NCBI GenBank assembly: GCA_045105775.1
Contig: JBGCDW010000074.1
Span: 1-13,741, forward strand
Reading direction: 5' to 3'
Length of the DNA stretch: 13,741 nucleotides
DNA from: Aureispira sp.
GTDB taxonomy: Bacteria; Bacteroidota; Bacteroidia; Chitinophagales; Saprospiraceae
The stretch's first letter is position 1. Each line of letters begins with the position of its first letter. The position numbers were made by a program, and so were the translations under genes. Shown here in pieces: positions 1 to 7,674 of the stretch. The notes beneath the pieces were generated by a model that worked only from the letters and a program-made list of their open reading frames with translations, was not told the origin of the DNA and searched no databases.

Positions 1-303
1 CTCCTCTTTTACTTGTTTGAGTTGTTGGCGTTCTTGCTTCACTGTTGCCTTTACTTTTTCTTTATCATCTTTTTCAGTTAGTATTGCTCTACGACCTTGA
101 CCAGGCTTTGTTTCTAAGCCTTTTATTCTTAGCCTTAAATAGCGGTTGACCCATCTATTTACTGGTTGTGGTGTCGTACAAACTATCCTCGCTATCTCTT
201 CAGATGTTTTTCCCTCACTTTTTAGCAATACCATGTGACAACGCCTTGAATATGCAGCAGAATTTGAGCTTTTATAACCTTTCTTTAATTCCTCTCTCTT
301 CAT
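1..303 (-). CDS. IS630-family (Tc1/mariner-superfamily) transposase, N-terminal HTH region only; the 3' part of the gene lies beyond the window start
   Basis: Reverse-complement of 1..303 is an open frame with no stop up to the window edge. It reads MKREELKKGYKSSNSAAYSRRCHMVLLKSEGKTSEEIARIVCTTPQPVNRWVNRYLRLRIKGLETKPGQGRRAILTEKDDKEKVKATVKQERQ... This carries the typical IS630 N-terminal pattern: A..RxxxVLLxxEGxSxxEIA, then an HTH with a W-containing recognition helix, then the 'KPG.GR...LT.E' motif. The ORF track missed it because the stop lies outside the window. An alternative start at 337 in another frame gives MGRKAKKVEITDEERGIKERL*, which matches the canonical extreme N-terminus even better. 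That suggests a frameshift near 275-285. Confidence 0.6.
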   Translation of the reverse strand, partial: MKREELKKGYKSSNSAAYSRRCHMVLLKSEGKTSEEIARIVCTTPQPVNRWVNRYLRLRIKGLETKPGQGRRAILTEKDDKEKVKATVKQERQQLKQVKEE

Positions 304-340
304 CCGTTATCTCTACCTTTTTAGCTTTTCTTCCCATCTT
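1..340 (-). mobile_element. Partial IS630-family insertion sequence: the transposase 5' end plus upstream leader. The element continues beyond the window start, and its terminal inverted repeat is not defined
   Basis: See the transposase CDS above. The element boundary cannot be set without the other end. The IS lies just downstream of the ATPase-operon 3' end (stop at 752). Confidence 0.45.
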
Positions 341-751
341 TTTGGAAGTAAAGATAACATGTTATTTATTTTGAACAACTACTTATAGCTTTTGTTTGGG
401 CTATTAAAACGGGGGAATGGTTAATCAAAAATGGAACTACTATTCCGATCAAAAAACTTAAGTACAGGAGAGCCAAACTCTACAGTATCTTTAGAATTGG
501 CTTTGATCATTTACAAGAAAAATTACTCTATCATATCCCCTTTTTTAACGAAATTCGACTTTTGTCCTGTACTTAGGTTACATATATAAAGATAAATTCA
601 ATTTTTTGATTGTGAGTATACAGGTCAGTTTTTTGTATAAGACAATTGGTTCGTTCCATTGTACTATACTGAAATTAGAATTAGTCGTGTCAATAACAAA
701 AGTACTATTAGCAGTTAAAACCACAGTATGAATGCGGCTTTAAGTATTTAC

Positions 752-3700
752 TTACGATTTCTTAAACACAATTCCACCTGATTTAGAAACAGGAGCAACC
801 GCTTTTTGCTGCGCGCCTTGCTCAATTCCTTCTTCCAATGCTTGGTGAATACTTTGCAAATGATCAGAAAACTGAGACAATTGCGCCACTACCTGCACCA
901 ATGGATTATCTTTATTACCCTGCAACAGCTTATCCTTATTAAAAGCCGCTTTGATTGCCTTCCAACGAACAGCTTCTTCCTCTGTTAATGCACCAATCAA
1001 TTCTTTGAATTTGAGCATATTGGATTCTGCACTAGAGGTGAGTGTTTGCGACTCGCCCTCATAGTGTGCAATGAGCAAGGTTTGCAATTCTTTTTCATTG
1101 GTAATAGGCGTAAGCTTTTCTACCAACTTGTTCATATTTCGATAAGAACCCTGTAATTTAAAGGCAGGTTCTGTACGGAAAGCCTCTTCCATGGCTGCGG
1201 AGCGAATATACTCTAAGTTAACTTTGAGAATGGCATCTCTAATCACTAGCATACGCTCTACCAAGGCTACAAATTCATTCACTTCCTGACTGCTGTGATT
1301 GCCCTCCAATTCGGCACCATCGCGACTTCCTGTTTGAGCATATTGCACCACGGCATAAATATCCTTGGCTCCCTTAGTGGCTAGTTTTTGCAATATGGCA
1401 TTAGAAGTCAAGGAATTCTCAATATAACTCAACTCAAAAACATCTTTGGTATCTCCAATAATATCACCCAGATTGTAAATGTCAGAACGGTTGGCCAACA
1501 TGTCTGGAACTTGGAACTTGTCGCCACTTTCGGTATATGGATTACCAGCCATGACCACAGCTACTCGTTTTCCTCTCAAATCATAGGTCTTGGTTACCCC
1601 TTTGTAAATACCCTCAATCTTGCGCTGTCCATCGGTCAAAGAAATGAATTTCTGCAAAAACTCAGGATGACAGTGCTGAATATCATCCAAGTAAATCATG
1701 ATGTTATCACCCATTTCCAAGGCCAGGTTGAGTTTTTCCAGTTCCTTGGCAGCAGCAGCATTGCCCGCCTCGCTCGGATCGAGCGAAACGACATTGTGTC
1801 CTATAGCGGGGCCATTGATTTTCATAAAAATAAGTCCCAGACGATCTGCCACATACTCCATCAAGGTAGTTTTACCATAGCCAGGAGGCGAAATGAGCAA
1901 GAGCATTCCCATTCTATCCGTACGGGTATTATCACCAACAGTACCAATTTGTTTGGCCAAGTTGTCTCCAAAAATAGGCAAATACAATTGGTCAATTAAT
2001 TTGTTTCGCACAAAAGAACTCAATACTCTTGGCTTGAATTCCTCCAAACGCAATGCTTGTTTAAAGTCTTGTGTTAAGGCGCGTTTCATGGTAACAAATT
2101 GCTCATATTGGGCTACTGTTTTAGCTTGATAATAGCTCAATTTGTTCATAAAAGCATTGTAGTCCATTTGGTAAATACCACCAGACCCAATGACAGCGTG
2201 TGCCCCATGCAATCCCTTTATTTCTTGATTGGTTTTGACGTTAATAACATGGCTTTCTTGATAGTTTTGTGTAAGAATAACCACCACTGCTTCTTGCAAA
2301 TAAGAAGTATACTCCGTCAGCTTTTGCTGCTCAATAAAAGCACTCAACCATTTTTGGCACAACTCAAATTGTTGCTCCAATTGCCCTTCCAAACTTTTGA
2401 GTACAGCATTAAAAGATTCTTTGGCTTGTTGACGCTCCAAGTATTGCTTGAACTCTGTTTGCAAATCATGGGCACTGCCACTGACAATGAAATGGTTTTG
2501 TCTAGACCATTCATCAAATAAATAGCGAGCAGCAGTTGGTACCAAATGTTCGTCGAACAAAGAATATTGCTTCAAAAAATCGCGCAAACCTTCCTCTAAT
2601 TGTTCTAATAAAAAATCAAACTCCTTGGTTTGAGGAAAAACTTTACGAATCAATCCTGCACTTTTTAGCTGTTTGTCAAACGTAGTTTTATTTTCCTCCG
2701 TTATAAATTTCTGCCAATACAAAGTTGCCAAAGCTCTTGCTTTGCTCTCATACACCAACAAATCAATATACTCGTGCAAGTATAAGATAGATTCTAAGAA
2801 TTTGGCAGCATCCAAATCGTGGATACCTTTGCTGTATCCTTCCTCTTTGGTGGCTCGTTCATTGACCAATTGCTGCACATAAGGCAAGACCTCTTCCGAA
2901 GTCAATTTTTTTCTTTCTTCTTGCAATTGTAAGAACGCAATATAAGCCAAGTACTCCGCTCTATACACTTGGCTATTCTCAGAAATAAGAGCTTGCTCCC
3001 AGACCGCTTTTGTCTCTAAGAAATTAGGCTCTTCTACTTCCTCATAGAAACCTGTTCCAGTGAGGTGATAGTACATTTTTCCTTCCTTGAGTGTCATGGT
3101 CAAGCCCAATGCTTGCTTGTTGACAGAGAAGAAATGACGACCAAATTTAATGGCATTGCCATCCGCAGAGAACAAATCTTTTCTGTCCTTCAATTGGCGA
3201 ATGCTATCTTCTTGAATGGTTTTGAGACGTGTTTGTACATCATCTGCCTTGTTAGAATCGCCCAAATCTTGCAATTTTTGGATGATGTCTCTAACTTTTT
3301 CAATCATCAAATCTGCTGCAAAAAAGCCATTGATGTCGTCTATTTCCTTAAAGTTCTTGACGCGATTGGCAATACCTTTTAGGTTTCTTTCGGCAGCCGT
3401 TTGTAGGGCTGTGCTGCGCTTGTTGGTTGCCTCAATAATGGACAAGCGGCGCGATTCAAACGCATTGCTAATCGCCTCGCGTTTATCGGCAATTTTGACA
3501 ATAAACTCATCAAATTCAGCAAATTTGCTTTCCAACTCCTCTACCTGAATCATCATTTTGGTATAATACTCATCGGCCTTTTCTACGGTGTTGGCAATAT
3601 CCAAGTAGTTGATGAGTCCTTGATCTAGGAGTTTGGATTGGGCGGCAAATTCGGCTACTGCTTCTGCACCCGTCAAGTCGCGCAAGCGGCGTTTGATGGC

Positions 3701-5725
3701 TGCTTTGGCTTGGTTGAGTGTGGCAAAAATAGCCGTGATATTATCGATGATGCGTGTTGTTTGGGTGGCATCCTCAATTTTGAGATTGGAAACAATTTCG
3801 ATCAATAACTCCAACTCTTTCCCAATTTCATCAATGCGCTCCTCTAGCTTTTGACCTTGACGCGCTGTTTCTACGTCTTCAATATTGGCCTGGGCTTGGG
3901 CTACACGCTCCAAATAGGGCTGTAGAGCATTGGGCTGTAGCAAAAACTGCACACAAGATTGGGAGAGGTTGTTGCTAATGTCCATCGCTTCGGTCTCCAA
4001 TTCCTCAATCAAGGACAAATCTGTATAACGCAATGCTTTGAGAGAAATAATAGCCCCTCTAATTTTGCGCAATTCGGCCAAGTGCTGCACAAACTGATCC
4101 ACCTTGAGATAGGTGGTGCCTTTGATGACTCTGAACAAAGCCACGGCTTCCTTTTGCGTTTCGCGAATGGTTTCACGCGTGTTTTTTCGGATGTTCTGTA
4201 CCTTCTCAAACTCATCAATAGCCGTATTGGCTGATGCTCGAATGGCCGAAATAGGAGTGGATAAATTGTAGGCTTCCTCATTATCAATCCAATAATAAGA
4301 ATCTAAAATGACGGTTGCTCGTTTGTTCAAATCAAAATACAAATCATCATAACTGTCATCTTGTGCCAAGAGACTCAACAATTCTTGACACTCGGCCATA
4401 GCGCGCACTATGTCTTTATTACTAATTTTATAAATATAAGAATCAGCATGTTGAGAAGGGAGTACATTGCCTTTGATGTAAGGGGTTTGCCATACTTGTA
4501 CCAAGTGGTGTGAAGTCTTGGTGTCCTCGCTTCTGAAGTAACACAGTTCTCCATCAGGAAAAAGACTGTACCCATTACAAATAATAGGGGTGGTGACGGT
4601 TTGTTCAATAACATTGTAGGAGAGGAGTATATAGGCTCCATCTTCTGGGCTATGAAAAACATACAAATGATCTTCTCCATTGGGCGATTGAAGGTGCTGC
4701 TCAAACAGTTTGTTTTGTCCAGGTGTTTTGTCAAACATCTTAAAGTCACCTGTCTGTAAATAAAAGCCATTGGAAAAAATCAAGCCTTGTTCATTGGGCA
4801 GCAGTACCCCTGAGTGTGCTAGAGCATCGACACGCTGCACGGTTTGAAGTTTTACATTATACACAAAATACCTAAATTCTTCTTGATAAGGTTTGATGCG
4901 CAAAGCAATAAGGTTGCCCAAATCTGCATAGTTGACGGTGGCATCACTAACTTTCTGATTGGCGTGTTTGACCTCCTCTGCATAAATCCCTTTGCCTGTA
5001 TCGGTATTGTCTTCAATTTTTATGGTCAAATCTCCATCTACTGTTTCTACAAACACCTTATCTAAAATAGAGATGTGTGGATGTGGCCCTTGGCGGTACA
5101 TGTCCATACGAACGGATTGCCACTCAAATTCAAACTGATTGGGGTAACGATAGTTTTTATCACCAGGAGAGGAGTCGTAAATCAACTGGTTATCTTTGAT
5201 CTCCCATTTAAAGGTTTTTTGACCATTACCATCCTTAAACACCATATAAAAGAACGGCTCATTCTTATCACGGGCAAATTTTAGAAAATAGACTTCCTTG
5301 GAGTAACGATAAAGACTCTTGAAGTCTGCTTCAAATTTTTCACTCCCTTTGGGACGAATAAGGTCTAATCCAACTTCTTTGTAACTGTGGTCATCTTTAA
5401 ATTCATAGATGCTAAACACATCTTGCAGCTCAATGTTTTTGAGCCCCATTCTAATATTATAACCAAAAATACAATAGCGTCCAATAGAGAAAATATCTCT
5501 TGCAATACACTCGTGCTGGGTTTCAATACGTTGGTTGCTAATGAGTTTCATTTCAATAGAACCAAAAACCTCTTTTCGTGCTTGGTTGAGTTTTTCTAAA
5601 CGTCCATGTAAGTCATTGCCGTTTTTTTGCAGACGATTTTTAATAATCTCATAAGTACTTCCCTCTAATTGTTGGTTGTGCTCTGTTGTCTCTTCTGGAG
5701 TTGTTGTTGTTGTATCTTCAGCCAT
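752..5725 (-). CDS. Giant multidomain AAA+ ATPase (1657 aa). Beta-rich N-terminal region of about 470 aa, long alpha-helical/coiled-coil middle region (aa ~470-1250), and a single MoxR/AAA_5-like ATPase module (aa ~1260-1460) followed by a C-terminal helical tail
   Basis: Uninterrupted 4974-nt ORF. Walker A reads LLLISPPGYGKTTLMEY (P-loop codons at 1865..1882, aa 1282-1287). Walker B reads IMIYLDDIQH (~1672..1701). Sensor-1/helix-2-insert region VAVVMAGNPYTESGDKFQVPDMLANRSD resembles the MoxR 'ATQNP...LPEAQLDRF' block. The N-terminus is rich in aromatic residues and beta-like segments (YFLKF, FYMVFKDG, YILLSYNV, CYFRSED). The middle is E/K/Q/L-rich and helical. No SD sequence; A-rich leader. 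Confidence 0.85.
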   Translation of the reverse strand: MAEDTTTTTPEETTEHNQQLEGSTYEIIKNRLQKNGNDLHGRLEKLNQARKEVFGSIEMKLISNQRIETQHECIARDIFSIGRYCIFGYNIRMGLKNIELQDVFSIYEFKDDHSYKEVGLDLIRPKGSEKFEADFKSLYRYSKEVYFLKFARDKNEPFFYMVFKDGNGQKTFKWEIKDNQLIYDSSPGDKNYRYPNQFEFEWQSVRMDMYRQGPHPHISILDKVFVETVDGDLTIKIEDNTDTGKGIYAEEVKHANQKVSDATVNYADLGNLIALRIKPYQEEFRYFVYNVKLQTVQRVDALAHSGVLLPNEQGLIFSNGFYLQTGDFKMFDKTPGQNKLFEQHLQSPNGEDHLYVFHSPEDGAYILLSYNVIEQTVTTPIICNGYSLFPDGELCYFRSEDTKTSHHLVQVWQTPYIKGNVLPSQHADSYIYKISNKDIVRAMAECQELLSLLAQDDSYDDLYFDLNKRATVILDSYYWIDNEEAYNLSTPISAIRASANTAIDEFEKVQNIRKNTRETIRETQKEAVALFRVIKGTTYLKVDQFVQHLAELRKIRGAIISLKALRYTDLSLIEELETEAMDISNNLSQSCVQFLLQPNALQPYLERVAQAQANIEDVETARQGQKLEERIDEIGKELELLIEIVSNLKIEDATQTTRIIDNITAIFATLNQAKAAIKRRLRDLTGAEAVAEFAAQSKLLDQGLINYLDIANTVEKADEYYTKMMIQVEELESKFAEFDEFIVKIADKREAISNAFESRRLSIIEATNKRSTALQTAAERNLKGIANRVKNFKEIDDINGFFAADLMIEKVRDIIQKLQDLGDSNKADDVQTRLKTIQEDSIRQLKDRKDLFSADGNAIKFGRHFFSVNKQALGLTMTLKEGKMYYHLTGTGFYEEVEEPNFLETKAVWEQALISENSQVYRAEYLAYIAFLQLQEERKKLTSEEVLPYVQQLVNERATKEEGYSKGIHDLDAAKFLESILYLHEYIDLLVYESKARALATLYWQKFITEENKTTFDKQLKSAGLIRKVFPQTKEFDFLLEQLEEGLRDFLKQYSLFDEHLVPTAARYLFDEWSRQNHFIVSGSAHDLQTEFKQYLERQQAKESFNAVLKSLEGQLEQQFELCQKWLSAFIEQQKLTEYTSYLQEAVVVILTQNYQESHVINVKTNQEIKGLHGAHAVIGSGGIYQMDYNAFMNKLSYYQAKTVAQYEQFVTMKRALTQDFKQALRLEEFKPRVLSSFVRNKLIDQLYLPIFGDNLAKQIGTVGDNTRTDRMGMLLLISPPGYGKTTLMEYVADRLGLIFMKINGPAIGHNVVSLDPSEAGNAAAAKELEKLNLALEMGDNIMIYLDDIQHCHPEFLQKFISLTDGQRKIEGIYKGVTKTYDLRGKRVAVVMAGNPYTESGDKFQVPDMLANRSDIYNLGDIIGDTKDVFELSYIENSLTSNAILQKLATKGAKDIYAVVQYAQTGSRDGAELEGNHSSQEVNEFVALVERMLVIRDAILKVNLEYIRSAAMEEAFRTEPAFKLQGSYRNMNKLVEKLTPITNEKELQTLLIAHYEGESQTLTSSAESNMLKFKELIGALTEEEAVRWKAIKAAFNKDKLLQGNKDNPLVQVVAQLSQFSDHLQSIHQALEEGIEQGAQQKAVAPVSKSGGIVFKKS

Positions 5726-5782
5726 GATGAGTTGGTTTCGTTGCTTGTCTTAGTTGGGGGTGGATTGTAGGTAGTCTATTAA

Positions 5783-7606
5783 CTAAAATTTTTCGTTTAG
5801 TTGTGTTAGTTGTTTGGATAATTCTGACAATTGGTAGGTATCAACCAATTCTGTTATTTGTGGAAGAACGCTCTTTTGTATAAATTGTATTTCGTATCCT
5901 CCAAAACTACTTTCTTGCAAGTACGTCATGTATTTCTTTAAGAGTCGTGCCCCTTTTTCTTTTTGGTTGGTTTGGTAGAATTGTTTGATAATTTGCACCT
6001 GCTTGGCAACCATAACATTTATAGTCTTTGCAAAGTAGTTATACCAGTTGTTCTGTAGTTTCTTAGCTTTTTTGATTTCATTCTGCTCAATGAGTGTCTT
6101 TATAGTTTGGGTAAAACTCAAGGTAATTGAATAAAAAGTAGGAAAATCCTCTAATTCAATATCTTCAAAAACTGGCCACTTAAATTCTTGAATAAAAAAG
6201 CGATAGTTGATTAGGGCTTGCTCCTTGCTCAAGTTTTTATTATCTCTTTCTTTGTATTCAAATAATTGGTTGATCCCATATGTGTGAATATACTTTGATG
6301 CTCCAGTATTAGTCATAAAATTAGACCCAGATACTTGGTTTCCATAGCTTGGTGCAAATAGGATAGGCCGCGTCTTGTAATTAGATGCTAATATCGCTAA
6401 TAGAAGAATTTCAGAGCGTACTAGAGAGGTTTGTGGACAAATTAGCTTGGGAGCATCTGGATCGTAATGGCCCAGTACAAAGCTACGTGTCGAAGCTGTT
6501 TTGATACCCTTGCGCTTAGATGCTAATAATTTTATCAACATTTTGACAGGCCAGGCTTTTTTTTCTGTATTTTCTTCCAATAAAATATAATCGCCTTTGG
6601 GAGCTTGATAATGCTCTAAATCAAGTCCTATATTTAGGTATTTGTCTTTGTAATAAGATTGATCAGACAAATGCGCACCATAGTAATGTGCATTGAGCAA
6701 ACTTTCATTGACTATCAATACATCTTCCCGTATTTTTTTAGCTTGCTGCAAATACAACAGTGGATAAGTATCGTTATCACCGTATGTAAATAGAATGGCA
6801 TTTGGGGGACAACTCAATAAGCTATTTTTGCTAAAAGCTATGGTTGCTGGTGTATACAGTTCTTTGCCTTCAACTGTTGCCAATGCTTTTTCCTTAAACC
6901 CTAAGAAAGCTAGGCGCATACTTAGGGTTAGAATTTCATTGCAATATTTGGTATATATGCTTCCCACCACTGTTTTAAAATCAGGATCTAGTTCATTAAC
7001 TTTTTTGAAGCATTGGGCAGCTAGATTGCCATTATCAATCAAAGAATCTAGCCATTCAGGTGCTTGATTGATGAGGTGGTATTTGCCATAGTCTAAAATA
7101 TATTGAGCAGATTTAAAGGAATGTGCTCTTCCTAGAGAGTAGTAATCATCAGGACTACTTAAAGGATATTTTTTATAATAATCAATAGTTTGGACAGGCC
7201 AATTATTATCACCAAAAAAACGATTGATATTGTATTCATCCGTATGAAAATACTTGGTAGCAATAGGTCGTTTTTGGAAATGCTCCCGTTTGATTTTTAG
7301 CGGCATCGCTTCACCTTTGATGACCAATTCATCTACATAACCCTCTTTGGGCGACCAAATTAATTGCTTATTATCTGAATAAACCCAGTTTCTATCTTGA
7401 TAATGGCCAACAGTAATCCAAAAACCTTGGGTATCTTTTAGAACATTGAGTCGAGTCATTCGATCCAATTTTATTGAGCAAATCCCCTTTTTTACAACAT
7501 GTTCTACTACTTCATGATACAATGGAAAATCACGGGGCAGTTGTGCCCAGAGGGTACAAGATAAATAGCTAATTAATAAAGTGGTATAGAAAAGCTTTAA
7601 TAGCAT
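5783..7606 (-). CDS. Secreted or periplasmic protein of unknown function (607 aa) with an N-terminal signal peptide
   Basis: Long ORF lying between the flotillin gene and the ATPase gene with short gaps (68 nt upstream, 57 nt downstream). N-terminus MLLKLFYTTLLISYLSCTLWA|QLP has the n/h/c regions of a Sec signal peptide with an AxA-like LWA cleavage site. I recognise no catalytic motif with confidence (TYGDNDTYP and HYDPDAP are possible metal-binding patches). Same strand and spacing as its neighbours, so it is inferred to be co-transcribed. Confidence 0.8.
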   Translation of the reverse strand: MLLKLFYTTLLISYLSCTLWAQLPRDFPLYHEVVEHVVKKGICSIKLDRMTRLNVLKDTQGFWITVGHYQDRNWVYSDNKQLIWSPKEGYVDELVIKGEAMPLKIKREHFQKRPIATKYFHTDEYNINRFFGDNNWPVQTIDYYKKYPLSSPDDYYSLGRAHSFKSAQYILDYGKYHLINQAPEWLDSLIDNGNLAAQCFKKVNELDPDFKTVVGSIYTKYCNEILTLSMRLAFLGFKEKALATVEGKELYTPATIAFSKNSLLSCPPNAILFTYGDNDTYPLLYLQQAKKIREDVLIVNESLLNAHYYGAHLSDQSYYKDKYLNIGLDLEHYQAPKGDYILLEENTEKKAWPVKMLIKLLASKRKGIKTASTRSFVLGHYDPDAPKLICPQTSLVRSEILLLAILASNYKTRPILFAPSYGNQVSGSNFMTNTGASKYIHTYGINQLFEYKERDNKNLSKEQALINYRFFIQEFKWPVFEDIELEDFPTFYSITLSFTQTIKTLIEQNEIKKAKKLQNNWYNYFAKTINVMVAKQVQIIKQFYQTNQKEKGARLLKKYMTYLQESSFGGYEIQFIQKSVLPQITELVDTYQLSELSKQLTQLNEKF

Positions 7607-7629
7607 GTTTAGTAGGATTTAGTTTATTG

Positions 7630-7661
7630 TAGTAGGGCGCAACACTTGTTGCGCCCTACTA
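7630..7661. promoter_or_regulatory. Perfect 15-bp GC-rich inverted repeat with a 2-nt spacer, in the 68-nt gap between the flotillin stop and the 607-aa gene start
   Basis: tagtagggcgcaaca-ct-tgttgcgccctacta. This is the most stable local hairpin in the window and sits in otherwise AT-rich DNA. No U-tract follows on either strand. It lies about 24-55 nt upstream of the downstream start codon on the minus-strand mRNA. Confidence 0.6.
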
Positions 7662-7674
7662 AATATGTTGTGCC

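Noticed and set aside
168-374. 68-aa plus-strand ORF
   Set aside because: It overlaps, in antisense, the IS630 transposase N-terminal coding region, which has a convincing family-specific motif pattern. The plus-strand product is hydrophobic and has no features.
405-425. Motif cgggggaatgRtta shared between 410..424 and 13152..13166
   Set aside because: A single 10-mer identity with one flanking mismatch across a 13.7-kb window is expected by chance. Dozens of random 10-mer coincidences are expected. No further structure or third copy supports it.
1388-1999. 203-aa plus-strand ORF, together with the other plus-strand ORFs at 806..988, 1698..1880, 1893..2129, 2099..2521, 2673..2882, 3065..3382, 3216..3548, 3633..3854, 3959..4234, 4844..5065, 5075..5284 and 5387..5599
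   Set aside because: All lie entirely antisense within the 1657-aa minus-strand gene. They have low-complexity, hydrophobic or irregular composition and no start context. They are shadow ORFs of a long, codon-biased gene.
4009-4770. Minus-strand ORFs 4009..4287 and 4408..4770 in alternative frames
   Set aside because: They are nested out of frame inside the 1657-aa gene on the same strand and cannot both be real. The long ORF is clearly the gene.
6795-7067. 90-aa plus-strand ORF and the 12580..12771 and 13083..13439 plus-strand ORFs
   Set aside because: They are antisense within the 607-aa gene, the peptidase-domain gene and the acidic coiled-coil gene respectively, and have no independent support.
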